The notes beneath the pieces were generated by a model, which saw nothing but the letters and a program-made list of their open reading frames with translations, searched no databases and was not told the DNA's origin. A stretch of 64,000 nucleotides of DNA from an uncultured Verrucomicrobiae bacterium (GTDB lineage Bacteria; Verrucomicrobiota; Verrucomicrobiia; Chthoniobacterales; Chthoniobacteraceae): positions 384,001-448,000 of the forward strand of contig CAVYKI010000003.1 of the NCBI GenBank assembly GCA_963769025.1, written 5' to 3'. The stretch's first letter is position 1; every line of letters starts with the position of its first letter. This document shows, piece after piece, positions 41,933 to 52,300 of the stretch. A program made the translations under genes and the position numbers.

Positions 41933-42810
41933 TTCATGAGCCCGTGGCTGGTGGCCCACCACATGACGAAGAGCGAGGTCGCATTGAACCACGCGTGCAT
42001 GAAAATCGAGACGGCGATCGAGCCGGACCATTCGTACGCGAGCGTAAGCGCGAGCGCGAGGACCGTGAGGCCGGGGAACCCGAGTGCGTTGTTGTGGATC
42101 GCACCGAAGAGCATCGACATGCCAAGCGCGGCAGGGATGGGCCCCGCGATGCGTTTCAGGACCGGATAAAAGTAGCCGCGGAAGAGAAGCTCCTCGGTGA
42201 TCGGCGCGATGACGACCGCCGCGACGAAGACCTGCCAGAGGATGTCGCTCTTCCCGCTCTTCGCCGCGCGCTGGTAAACCTTCACCAGCTCCTGCTGCTC
42301 CGCGTGCCCGTCGAGGAACTGATACGCGATGCTCGTCACGAGCATGAACAGCGGCAGCATGAGCACGATGAGGCCCGCCGCCGTGGCGATGGCGCGCACG
42401 AGGCCGACGCGTTTCAGGCCGAAAATCGCCGGAAGGCTGATCCCGCGGGCGATGAGCAGTGCGATGATCGCAGCCACAGGCAGCGCGAACTGGAGCGCGC
42501 CATAGATGATCTGAAGCCCCGTGACTCCCCCGGCCGGCGAGCCCGGGGCATCCGGCGGTTTCGGCACGGCCGGCAGCACCCACTGCATCACCACGAGCAG
42601 GAGCAGCAGCACGACGAGCGCACCCGTCACGAGCACATCCGGCAGCCCGAACAAGTCGGTGCGGACGAGCCCGCCGCGGATGCCCACGCGCCGGATCATC
42701 TTCCGGTAAACGTGGATGCCGGCAAAGAGCAGCCCGAACGCGATGACGTTCAGCAGGATCAGTTGATCCATCGGCAGCTCGATTTCCGTCGTGAGTGAGG
42801 CGACCAGCAC
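41929..42810 (-). CDS. CPBP (CAAX/Abi) intramembrane metalloprotease
   Basis: APITEELLFRG, FGAIH, MHAWFN. Confidence 0.9.
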   Translation of the reverse strand: MLVASLTTEIELPMDQLILLNVIAFGLLFAGIHVYRKMIRRVGIRGGLVRTDLFGLPDVLVTGALVVLLLLLVVMQWVLPAVPKPPDAPGSPAGGVTGLQIIYGALQFALPVAAIIALLIARGISLPAIFGLKRVGLVRAIATAAGLIVLMLPLFMLVTSIAYQFLDGHAEQQELVKVYQRAAKSGKSDILWQVFVAAVVIAPITEELLFRGYFYPVLKRIAGPIPAALGMSMLFGAIHNNALGFPGLTVLALALTLAYEWSGSIAVSIFMHAWFNATSLFVMWWATSHGLMK

Positions 42811-42824
42811 GGCTCTGAAAAGCG

Positions 42825-43826
42825 CTACGGCGCGAGGATTTCCGGCAGCAGGTAAAGCCGTCCCGGCTGGAGCTGCAGCGCCGACTGCGGCCCGAGGTTG
42901 ATCTCCACGCGCTTCGAGCTGTCCGCCTTGCCGAAAAGGCGAAGGTATTTGCTGAGCGGCTCGACGATGCGGTACTCCACGACCGTGGCTCCCGGCGCCA
43001 CGCCGAGTTCCATCGCCTTGCTCACCGCCGCGTCGAAATCGCCGAGGCCATCGATCAGCTTCGCCTCCAGCGCATCCTTGCCGGAAAGGATGCGGCCGTC
43101 GGCGACGCCGTTGCGCAGCGCGTCCTCCGGCAGCTTGCGCTCGGCGGCGACGATGCCGACGAATTTTCCGTACGTCTGCATCACGAGGGCCTGCACATAC
43201 ACGCTTTCTTCCGGCGTGATCGGACGCGAACCGCTGAGCATGTCCTTCATCTTGCCGCTCTTGAACGTCACCATTTGCAGCCCGATTTTCCCGAAAAGCT
43301 CGCCGTAGTTCAGCGTCTGCATGATCACGCCGATGCTGCCGGTGAAGGTCGTGTCGTGCGCGATGATGTAGCTGCCGCCGAGCGCCGCATAGTAGCCGCC
43401 GCTCGCCGCCATCGCACCCATGCTCACGATGACTTTCTTCCGGTCACGCGCCTTGCGGATGATGTTGTAGAGGTCGTCGCTCGCGGTGACTTCGCCGCCG
43501 GGCGAGTCGATCGCCAGCACGATCGCGCGCACGTCCTTGTCGTCGAGCGCCTGCTTGAACGCCTGCCTGATGTCTTCCGGCGTCGCGCCAATGCCGAATG
43601 CCGTTTCGTCGCTGGAAATGACGCCGCCGAGACGGATGACGGCGATCTTTGCCTTCACGGTGGGTGTGCCTTCGGTGAGCACCGTCTCGCGGAATTTGCG
43701 GGAGCCACCCGGCAGGCTGCCCGCCACCTCGCCGACGAGAAAGAGGAGATTGAAAAGCAGACTGAGGCACAGCAGCACCACGATGAATACACCGAGGCAG
43801 CCGAAGCGTTTTTCCGAGGAAGGCAT
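42825..43826 (-). CDS. sppA: Signal peptide peptidase SppA (36K type)
   Basis: IDSPGG, AASGGYY, TGSIGV, KSGKMKD. Confidence 0.9.
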   Translation of the reverse strand: MPSSEKRFGCLGVFIVVLLCLSLLFNLLFLVGEVAGSLPGGSRKFRETVLTEGTPTVKAKIAVIRLGGVISSDETAFGIGATPEDIRQAFKQALDDKDVRAIVLAIDSPGGEVTASDDLYNIIRKARDRKKVIVSMGAMAASGGYYAALGGSYIIAHDTTFTGSIGVIMQTLNYGELFGKIGLQMVTFKSGKMKDMLSGSRPITPEESVYVQALVMQTYGKFVGIVAAERKLPEDALRNGVADGRILSGKDALEAKLIDGLGDFDAAVSKAMELGVAPGATVVEYRIVEPLSKYLRLFGKADSSKRVEINLGPQSALQLQPGRLYLLPEILAP

Positions 43827-43936
43827 CCGGCGACAGTGGTTATGAGTGCCGGATTACGCAAGCCCCACGGATTTGCCGCCAGGATTTAACCGCGCTCGAC
43901 TTTTGCCGCCGCAAAACGCCACAACCCCCGTGACGT

Positions 43937-45162
43937 ATGAAGGCGCTTTTTCTCACCAACGAATTTCCACCCACCATCTACGGCGGCGCTGGCGTGCATG
44001 TGGAATATCTCTCGCGCGAACTCGCGAAGCTCATCTCGCTCGAAGTCCGCTGCTACGGCAAGGAAGCGCGCGAGCATCGCATCGACACGCCGACGCTGAA
44101 GGCCACCGGCTATGGCTGCGACACCTCGGCCTACACCGCGCCGAAGCCGCTGCACTCCGTCTTCGCCGCCGTGCAGCGCGGCGTGGACTGGAACACCACG
44201 GCCATCGACGCCGACCTCGTCCACCTGCACACGTGGTACACGCACTTCGGCGGCATCCTCGCGAAGCTCAACTACGGCATCCCGCTCGTGCTCACCGTCC
44301 ACTCGCTCGAGCCGCTGCGCCCGTGGAAGCGCGAGCAGCTCGCCGGCGGCTACGATTTCTCCTGCTGGGTGGAAAAGACCGCGATGGAAATGGCCGACGC
44401 CGTCATCGCCGTTTCGCGCGAGACGCGCGACGACATCCTGCGCCTTTTCGACGTGAAGCCGCGAGCGCGTGCCGGTCATCCACAACGGCATCGACCTCGA
44501 CGAATACCGCCGCGTGAAGACCACCGCCGCGCTGGAAAAATACGGCGTGAATCCGCGCGAGCCCTACGTGCTCTTCGTCGGCCGCATCACGCGGCAAAAG
44601 GGAATCATCCACCTCGTCCGCGCCATCGAGCACATGACTCCGGGCATCCAGGTCGTCCTGTGCGCGGGCGCGCCGGACACGCCGGAGATCGCCGCCGAGA
44701 TGAAGGCCGCCGTCGGCGCCGCGCAGGCGAAGCACGGCAACGTCGTCTGGATCGATCAGATGGTGAGCAACACCGAGAAGATCGAGCTCTACAGCCACGC
44801 CGCCGTCTTCTGCTGCCCGTCGATTTACGAGCCGTTTGGCATCATCAATCTCGAGGCGATGGCCTGCGAGACCGCCGTCGTCGCGAGCGCCGTCGGCGGG
44901 ATCAAGGAAGTCGTCGTCGAGGGCGAGACCGGCTTCCTCGTTCCGCTCGAGCAGATGACCGAGAGCCCGTTTGAAGCCGCTCGACCCCGAGCGGTTCGCG
45001 CGCGACCTCGCCTCGCGCGTCAACCAGCTCATGGCCGACCCCGCCATGCGCGCCCGCATGGCCGCCGCCGGACGCAAGCGCGCCGAGGAGCACTTCGCCT
45101 GGGGCGCGATCGCAAAGCGTACCGTGGAGTTGTACGAGACCCTCGTGAAACGGCCGCACTGA
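43937..45162 (+). CDS. glgA: GT4-type glycogen synthase / maltose-1-phosphate synthase (actinobacterial GlgA/GlgM type), frameshifted
   Basis: EFPPTIYGGAGVHV, HSLEPLRPWKREQL, VGRITRQKG, YEPFGIINLEA. Confidence 0.85.
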
Positions 45163-45248
45163 CCGCGACGCGTGCGGAGTCCCATCGCCGGAAAACTTTT
45201 TGAAGCCAGGACGTGATTCTTTCACCGCGAACTCACAATGTCGGCGTC

Positions 45249-45905
45249 ATGCTGATTCGTTTCCTCCTGCTGCTCACAATGCTCCCGCTTTCAACGCGCG
45301 CCGGTGTCCCGGCGAAACCGGCAACGGCGGTGGTGTTTGGCGATTCAATCACCGAAGGCGGCGCGCTGCCGAAGGAACAGCGGGACCGCGCGTGGGTGCG
45401 CGTGGTGGAACGCGAGGCAAAAGGCGCGCTGACGGTGATCAACGAGGGCAAGGGCGGCCGGCCCACGCAGTCGGTGCCTGAATTTGAGACAATGCTGACA
45501 CGGCAGCCGCGCGCGGATTTCCTCGTGCTCGCGCTCGGCACGAACGACTCGCGGGACATCACGAAGGACTGCGTGCCAAAGGCGGTCGCGAACCTGCGCA
45601 AAATGATCGAGCGCGCACGTCTGACCTACGGCCCGAAGACAGCGGTGCTGCTCGTCGGCCCGCCGAACATCAACAAGTCCGCGCTCGTCGCGACGAAGCC
45701 CATCGCCAATGAACGCGAGGCCAAGCTGCGCGAACTCGGCGACGCCTTTGCCGCCCTCGCAAAGGAAACCGGCTGCGACTTCGTCAGCCTTTTCGGCGCA
45801 GTTCCCGAGGGCAGCATGACGAAGGACGGCGTGCATCCCGATCCCGCCGGCAATGAAGCCATCGCACGCGTGATTTTGCCGAAGCTGACAGCGAAGCAGC
45901 GATGA
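45249..45905 (+). CDS. SGNH/GDSL hydrolase
   Basis: FGDSIT, NEGKGG, LGTND, DGVHP. Confidence 0.85.
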   Translation: MLIRFLLLLTMLPLSTRAGVPAKPATAVVFGDSITEGGALPKEQRDRAWVRVVEREAKGALTVINEGKGGRPTQSVPEFETMLTRQPRADFLVLALGTNDSRDITKDCVPKAVANLRKMIERARLTYGPKTAVLLVGPPNINKSALVATKPIANEREAKLRELGDAFAALAKETGCDFVSLFGAVPEGSMTKDGVHPDPAGNEAIARVILPKLTAKQR

Positions 45906-46141
45906 GGGTGCGCAGTTGGCAAGCGCCGGACCTGTGCTAGGAACTGCCGCCCATGTTTCGCATCACCATCCTGCTTTTCGCCCTCGGCTCCGCTCGCGCC
46001 GCGCGCGAGTTCGATCGGCGGCGCGCTGCGTTCGCCTTTTCCGATGACACGGTGCCGAACTGGGAGGTGACCCGCGACGGCGGCGCTTCTACTGACCCGG
46101 CGGCGAACGCATTCCCCGTTTACGACCGGCCACTCCACTAA

Positions 46142-47434
46142 ATGATCCTCGCCTCCGCCTCCGTCACGCCCACGCCCGTCTGGCTCATCGCGCCGTTTGC
46201 GCTGCTGCTGCTCTGCATTGCGGTCGGGCCGCTCGCGTTTCCGCATTTCTGGCACAAGCGCTACCCTCTCATCGCCGCGGGACTCGCCCTGATCAGCGCG
46301 GTCTTCCAGGTCGCGCTTTCCGGCAGCTTTTCGCCGTTGCTGCACGCGCTGGAGGAATACGCGGGGTTCATCGCGCTCATCGCGTCGCTTTACATCGTGT
46401 CGGGCGGCATCCACATCCGCGTGAAGGGCGAGGCAACGCCCTTCGCGAACTGCGTGTTCCTCGCCATCGGCGCGGTGCTCGCGAACATCATCGGCACGAC
46501 GGGCGCCTCGATGCTGCTCATCCGCCCGTGGATCCGGATGAACAAATACCGCATCACGGCGTTCCACATCGTCTTCTTCATCTTCATCGTCAGCAACGTC
46601 GGCGGCTGCCTCACGCCCATCGGCGACCCGCCGCTCTACATGGGCTATTTGAAAGGCGTGCCGTTTTTCTGGGTGCTCACCCACTGCTGGCAGGGCTGGC
46701 TCGTCGCCGTCGCGGGGCTCATCGCGATCTTCGCCGTCTTCGACCGGAAAAACTTCCTCCGCGCGCCGCGAGACATCCGCGAGATGGAGACCGCGCATGA
46801 GACGTGGACATTCCGCGGGCTGCCGAACCTGCTTTTCCTCGGCGTGATCCTCTTCGCCGTGCTGGTGCTGCCGATCGGATGGCGCGAAGGCGCGATGGTC
46901 GCCGCGGCGCTCGGCTCGTGGTTCACGACGAATCGCGAAATTCACCAACTGAACGACTTTGCATGGGAGCCGGTGAAGGAGGTCGCGTGGCTCTTCATCG
47001 GCATCTTCATCACGATGACCCCGGCGCTCAGCTATCTGCAGGTGAACCCGCCGCCGCTCAGCAGCGCGCACGAGTATTACTGGGCGACCGGAGTGCTTTC
47101 GGCGTGCCTCGACAACGCGCCCACGTACCTGGCCTTCCTCGCGACCGCGCTCGGGCAGGTGCAGCTTTCCATGGATCGCGTCGCGGACATCCAGCAATTC
47201 GCCAGCATGCACGCGGGAAAACTCGAGGCCATATCACTCGGCGCGGTGTTCTTCGGCGCGATGACCTACATCGGCAACGGGCCGAATTTCATGGTGAAGG
47301 CGATCGCCGAGCACGCAAAGGTCCGCACGCCGACCTTCCTCGGATACATCGTGCGATACGCGATCCCGATCCTGCTGCCGTTCCTCGCGCTCATCGGCAT
47401 CCTGTTCTTCTCGCGCTGGCACATCTTCGGGTAA
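46142..47434 (+). CDS. IT-superfamily sodium:proton antiporter
   Basis: GTTGAS, SNVGGCLTPIGDPP, LDNAPTY, TYIGNGPN. Confidence 0.8.
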   Translation: MILASASVTPTPVWLIAPFALLLLCIAVGPLAFPHFWHKRYPLIAAGLALISAVFQVALSGSFSPLLHALEEYAGFIALIASLYIVSGGIHIRVKGEATPFANCVFLAIGAVLANIIGTTGASMLLIRPWIRMNKYRITAFHIVFFIFIVSNVGGCLTPIGDPPLYMGYLKGVPFFWVLTHCWQGWLVAVAGLIAIFAVFDRKNFLRAPRDIREMETAHETWTFRGLPNLLFLGVILFAVLVLPIGWREGAMVAAALGSWFTTNREIHQLNDFAWEPVKEVAWLFIGIFITMTPALSYLQVNPPPLSSAHEYYWATGVLSACLDNAPTYLAFLATALGQVQLSMDRVADIQQFASMHAGKLEAISLGAVFFGAMTYIGNGPNFMVKAIAEHAKVRTPTFLGYIVRYAIPILLPFLALIGILFFSRWHIFG

Positions 47435-47443
47435 GGTCACGGC

Positions 47444-48050
47444 ATGTTCACCGGACTGGTCCTCGAAACCGGCGAGATTCTCTCGCTCGAGCGCACGGGA
47501 GAAAGTGCGCGCCTCACGCTGCGCGCACCCGTCGCCGGGCCTACCGCGCAAATCGGCGACAGCATCGCGGTGAATGGCTGCTGCCTCACTGTCACCGAAC
47601 GCGACGGCGAGCGGCTCACCTTTGATCTCCTCGCGGAAACACTGCGCCTCACGAATCTCGGCGAGCCTCGCGGACGGCGCGCGCGTGAACCTCGAACCCG
47701 CGCTCGGCGCTGGCGCGAAGCTCGGCGGGCATTTCGTGCAGGGCCATGTGGACACGACGGCGGAGGTGCTGGACTTCTCGCCGCACGCGCAGGACTTCCG
47801 GCTCGAGATCGCGCTGCCTTCGGACTTCGCGCAGTATGTCGCATTCAAGGGCAGCATCGCCGTGGACGGCATCAGCCTCACGGTCGCGGAAGTGCGCGAC
47901 GGAAATGCGGCGAGCTTCGTGTGCTGGATCATCCCGCACACGCGCGAAGTCACGAATCTCGCCGTGCGGCGCAAGGGCGGGCGCGTGAATCTCGAATTCG
48001 ACCTGCTCGCGAAATACGTCGAGCGCATCGTCGCGCGACAGCGGGAATGA
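47444..48050 (+). CDS. ribE: Riboflavin synthase (alpha), one frameshift near 47665
   Basis: MFTGLV, GDSIAVNGCCLTV, GGHFVQGHVD, KGSIAVDGISLT, VNLEFDLLAKY. Confidence 0.95.
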
Positions 48051-48112
48051 ACTGGATGGACCCGATGGACTCGCGCAAAGGCGCAAAGGCGCAAGGCAAA
48101 GGGGTGCCCGTC

Positions 48113-48197
48113 CCCGTAGCCGCCGAGGGAACGAGGCGGGCTGATTTTTCTTCCGCGTTGCAGAAAGTGCCCGCCTCCTTCCGTCGGCGGCTACGGG
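48113..48197. repeat. GTAG-type REP/REPIN inverted doublet
   Basis: CCCGTAGCCGCCGAGGGAACGAGGCGGGC … GCCCGCCTCCTTCCGTCGGCGGCTACGGG. Confidence 0.8.
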
Positions 48198-48198
48198 A

Positions 48199-48637
48199 AT
48201 GATCCGCCCCATCGCCGCCGCTGAGACAATCGCCGTGCGCTGGCCCGTGCTGCGTCCGGGCTTTCCGCGCGAGACGGCGATCTTCGATGGCGACGACGCG
48301 CCGGCCACGCTGCACTTCGGCGCGTTCGACGGCGAACGGCTCGTCGGCGTCGCATCCATCTACGCTCGCGCCCTGCCCGGAAATGCCGGACGTGTCGCCC
48401 GCATGGCAGCTCCGCGGAATGGCTACGCTGCCCGAAGTGCAAGGCGCCGGATTCGGCAAGGCGCTGCTCGATGCGTGCGTGACGGCGGCGCGGAAAAATG
48501 GCGCGGCGCTCCTCTGGTGCAACGCACGGACCTCCGCCGCCGCATTTTACTCAAAGAACGGCTGGGAAATCGTCGGCGGGGAATTCGACATCCCGACCGT
48601 CGGCCCGCACTTCCGGATGCTGCTCGCGCTGCGGTGA
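48199..48637 (+). CDS. GNAT N-acetyltransferase (frameshift near 48365)
   Basis: VRWPVLRPG; WQLRGMAT..QGAGFG; LWCNAR..A..FY. Confidence 0.8.
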
Positions 48638-48640
48638 GCG

Positions 48641-51130
48641 CTACTGCCGCTCGACCTCGTACCAGAGCGTCTTGAATCGCGGGCCGATTTCCAAGGTGGC
48701 GCCCGCGACAGGAATCTCCTCACGCCGCTGCCCGCATTCGTCGAGTGCCCACGCCTTGAATTTCCCGCCGCCGGGAAGCTCGATCTTCGCCGCCGGGCCT
48801 TCGACGAGGACGGGCGCCTTCCCCCAATCGCGCCCCACGCTCGTCTTCTCCGCATTCTTCCAGCCCATGCCGGTGTTCTCGATGTCGCCGGTGGCGGTGA
48901 TGAGAGCACGCTTCGCGTTGTCTGATTTAGTGCTCTCGATCACCGTCCATTGGATGCACATCCATTTTTGGCGTCTGCTCTTGGGCTCCACGAAAAGGGA
49001 TCCAATCTTTTGCTTTTCACCCGTCGTGCGCCCCACCCAGGACTTCGAGTAGATTCTATCCACACTGGCGAATCGCGATGCAGAATCCCAGCGCGCGCGG
49101 TGATCAGTCGCATTCTTCATCGTCCACGTCTCCTCTTCGCCTCCGGATCCGAGCTTGTGAGAAAGAAAATGCTTGAAAAGATCCCCCGGCGCTTCGATTC
49201 CGCCGCGCACAAGTGACGGCCCTCGTCTCAGAGCCAGCTCCACGATCTTGTCCTTTCCGATCACGGCAGTCTTGGGTGACGACGACGGCTCAATATCCCC
49301 CCGCCGAAAACTGATCACCGCCCCCGGCAGCGTCGCCATTTTCACGGTGTGGCGGTCGATGTCGAAGAAGTTGTTGAAGTAATCCTGCGCCCATTCGCCT
49401 GCGCCGCGGTGGCTGTAGCTGAAGGCGAAGACGCCGTCCCAATCCTGCAGCGCGGCGAAGGCGCACAGCAGCGGGAAGGTCTCGGCGGAATACGTGTTCG
49501 GCGCGGGGTGATTGTATTCGGTGCAGATGAAGGGCTTGCCCGCCACGCGCTGCGCGGCGAGGCCGGGGAGCGTGCCGCCGTCGGGCGCGCCGGCCATGGG
49601 CTCGTTCTTCACGTCCCACACGTCGGCGTTCCAGCCGCGGCCGTGGAAGTCGGGGTGATGCCAGTAGGCGTGCGAATCAATGACATCCATGCCCGCCTGC
49701 ACGTGGCCGGGGCTCCAGAATCCCTGCGTGCCGACGATGGGCGCCTTCACGCCGAGATCCTTTTTCAAAAAGTCGCGCATGCCGTTCCAGTAGGCGGTCT
49801 CGGTGTCCCAGATGAATTCCTGCCAGTCGCGCTGCTTGGCAAAGGTGGTGCGGGCGAGGTCGCGCTTGCGGAGCATCGGCACGCTGCCTTTCTCACCTCG
49901 CACAAACGAACCGTCCACCGCCGCGGTGCGCAGCGAGAAGCCGGTGAACTCGAACGCGCCGGCGGCCATGCCCATGCCGCCGATGGTGAGGCGGGCGTTG
50001 TCATCGGCGGCGGTGACTTTGATCGTCGCGGAGACTTCGCGAAAGTCGGCGCCGGCCTTCACGTTCGCGGAGCCGAGGACTTTCCACGGCTCGTGCGACT
50101 GCATGAGGGAGACGGAGAGGCTTGTGCCCTGCGCAGCTTTCACACGGAAGCGCACTTCGTAGCTCTCCGCCTTCACTGCGAGCGGGGCGGCGGAGAACTG
50201 GACGTGCCACGGCTCGGTGCCGGGCTTGGTGACGTGCACGGTGATGACGCCGTCCTTCTCCGAATGCGTCTGCTCCGCGCCGGCGTGCTGCTCGAAGTTC
50301 CACTTCGGCCCGGAAAGAATCTCCGGGCCGGCTTCGCGTGCGCCTTCGCGCCACACCTCGCGCTTGGCGTCCGCCCAGTATTTTTTCGTGATCCACGCGC
50401 CATACAGTGACTCCAGCTCCTCGCGATACGGCGCGGGGAGGTCGTCCATCTCCCCGGCCCACCACTGGAAGCCGAGGGCGTTCTCGTTGTTGATTTCCAC
50501 GAGCGCGACGGCGGGTTCGTCGGCGTAGCGGTTGCCGGTGTAGGCGTTCACGTGCGTGAGCAGGTCGCGCGCGTAGTCCTTCTGCAGCGCGATCATCGCG
50601 GCGCAGAAATTGTCCACGCCCTTGTCGAATTCGGGATTCCCCTTTTTCTCCTCGCGCGGGCGGTCGGGGTAGGTGCGCGAGACGTGCAGGTTCAGGTCGG
50701 CGTAGATGCCGTTCTTCTTCAGCTCGGCGATGAAGAAATCGAGCCGGTCGAGCTGGCCGGGGTCGAGCGTGCGTCCGTCCTTGGCGAAGATTCCGGCAGG
50801 CGCGCTGAACATGTCCATGTGGTGGAAGCGCACGCAATTGATGCCGAACTTCGCCATACGCGCGGCGACCTTCGGCGCCATGTCCTTGTCCGGGAAATTT
50901 GCGGCGAAGCACGTGTTCACGCCGAAGATGCGCAGGCGCTTTTCGCCGGCAAATAGATGGCCGTCCTTCACGTGGACGAAGCCGTCGCGGCCCGCAGGCT
51001 TGTCGTTGAGCCACGCGATGTTCGTGGCCGATTCGCTCGCGTCGTCCCACGGCAAGACGAACGGAAAAAGATCGGCCGCGTTGGCCGCGGCGGCGAGGGC
51101 GAGAACGGCGAGGAGGGGCGCGAGATGCAC
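48641..51130 (-). CDS. Secreted clan GH-A glycoside hydrolase (GH5-like) with inserted CBM4/9-like domain
   Basis: GINCVRFHHMD, EINNEN, DSHAYW, FICTEYNHP, AALQDWD; signal peptide. Confidence 0.8.
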   Translation of the reverse strand: MHLAPLLAVLALAAAANAADLFPFVLPWDDASESATNIAWLNDKPAGRDGFVHVKDGHLFAGEKRLRIFGVNTCFAANFPDKDMAPKVAARMAKFGINCVRFHHMDMFSAPAGIFAKDGRTLDPGQLDRLDFFIAELKKNGIYADLNLHVSRTYPDRPREEKKGNPEFDKGVDNFCAAMIALQKDYARDLLTHVNAYTGNRYADEPAVALVEINNENALGFQWWAGEMDDLPAPYREELESLYGAWITKKYWADAKREVWREGAREAGPEILSGPKWNFEQHAGAEQTHSEKDGVITVHVTKPGTEPWHVQFSAAPLAVKAESYEVRFRVKAAQGTSLSVSLMQSHEPWKVLGSANVKAGADFREVSATIKVTAADDNARLTIGGMGMAAGAFEFTGFSLRTAAVDGSFVRGEKGSVPMLRKRDLARTTFAKQRDWQEFIWDTETAYWNGMRDFLKKDLGVKAPIVGTQGFWSPGHVQAGMDVIDSHAYWHHPDFHGRGWNADVWDVKNEPMAGAPDGGTLPGLAAQRVAGKPFICTEYNHPAPNTYSAETFPLLCAFAALQDWDGVFAFSYSHRGAGEWAQDYFNNFFDIDRHTVKMATLPGAVISFRRGDIEPSSSPKTAVIGKDKIVELALRRGPSLVRGGIEAPGDLFKHFLSHKLGSGGEEETWTMKNATDHRARWDSASRFASVDRIYSKSWVGRTTGEKQKIGSLFVEPKSRRQKWMCIQWTVIESTKSDNAKRALITATGDIENTGMGWKNAEKTSVGRDWGKAPVLVEGPAAKIELPGGGKFKAWALDECGQRREEIPVAGATLEIGPRFKTLWYEVERQ

Positions 51131-51255
51131 GGGATGAGTCTGGGCAGAGGATCTCCGGGACACAAGCCGGGCCGCTCCCTTGCGCTGACGGCGCTTCGGG
51201 ATTAAAATAAACAAATATCCCGGTCAGTGACGCCTCTCTTTCACAACCTCTCTGC

Positions 51256-52281
51256 ATGAACACGCTGCTCCGCCACCTCGGTGCCCTCCTCGCTTTCGTT
51301 TTCGTCGCAGCCGCGCCCGTCCAGGCTTTCACCGTCGCGCAGATGAAGGAGATGGAGGTGAAAGTGAAGAAGCTCGTCGCGACAAACATGCCGGCGGTCG
51401 TTTCGCTCATTGGCGAAAAGGTGGCCGGCGCGGGCTCGGGAGTCGTCGTTTCGGCGGATGGATTGATCCTCACGGCGGGGCACGTCACGGTCGGCAATGA
51501 CACGATGATCGTCGTTTTCCCCGACGGGAGACAGGCGAAGTGCAAGGTGCTCGGCGCGGATTACACTCGCGATGTGGGGCTCGCGAAAATCATCGAACCG
51601 GGAAAATATGCGTTCGCGGAACTGGGCGACTCGGACAAGTTGGAGACGACCAGCATCGTCATCGCGCTCGGGCATCCCGGTGGCTACGACGTGCGGCGCA
51701 CGCCGCCGGCGCGCATCGGGCGCATCAGCAGCAAGAATGCGGGCGGATTCCTCATGAGCGACTGCACGCTGATCGGCGGCGACTCCGGCGGCCCGCTCTT
51801 CGATCTCGATGGCAAGGTCGTCGGCATCCACTCATCCATTTCGGAAAGCCTGAGCTATAACCGCGATGCGCCCGTCAACGCGGCGAAGGTCTCGTGGGAA
51901 AAGATGCTCAAGGGCGAGCGGTGGGGAAAAATCCCCGGGCAGCGTCCGTCTCCCTTCAGCAGGCGGCAGACGGGTGGCAAGGCCGTGCTCGGAGCGGTCT
52001 TCGACACCTCGGGCTCCGGCGGCACGGTGCTGAAGGAAGTGATGCCAAAGTCCCCGCTCGAAGCCGCGGGAGCCCGGCCGGGCGACGTGATCCTCCGCAT
52101 TGGCGGCGAGGAAATGACGACCAGCGAGGCGGTGGCCGCGAAAATCGGCAAGGCGAGGCCCGGCGACCGGCTTGCGCTCGTTTACCGCCGTGGCGACGAG
52201 GAGAAGCGGACCGAAGTCGCATTGATTTCCGAGGCCGAAATGCTCAAGCGCATGGAATCCGCCGCACCGCAAAAACCGTAA
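51256..52281 (+). CDS. Trypsin-like serine protease + PDZ (intact catalytic triad)
   Basis: GSGVVV, LTAGHV, DVGL, GGDSGGP; C-terminal PDZ. Confidence 0.9.
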   Translation: MNTLLRHLGALLAFVFVAAAPVQAFTVAQMKEMEVKVKKLVATNMPAVVSLIGEKVAGAGSGVVVSADGLILTAGHVTVGNDTMIVVFPDGRQAKCKVLGADYTRDVGLAKIIEPGKYAFAELGDSDKLETTSIVIALGHPGGYDVRRTPPARIGRISSKNAGGFLMSDCTLIGGDSGGPLFDLDGKVVGIHSSISESLSYNRDAPVNAAKVSWEKMLKGERWGKIPGQRPSPFSRRQTGGKAVLGAVFDTSGSGGTVLKEVMPKSPLEAAGARPGDVILRIGGEEMTTSEAVAAKIGKARPGDRLALVYRRGDEEKRTEVALISEAEMLKRMESAAPQKP

Positions 52282-52300
52282 CCCTTCCCAACACCTGCCC

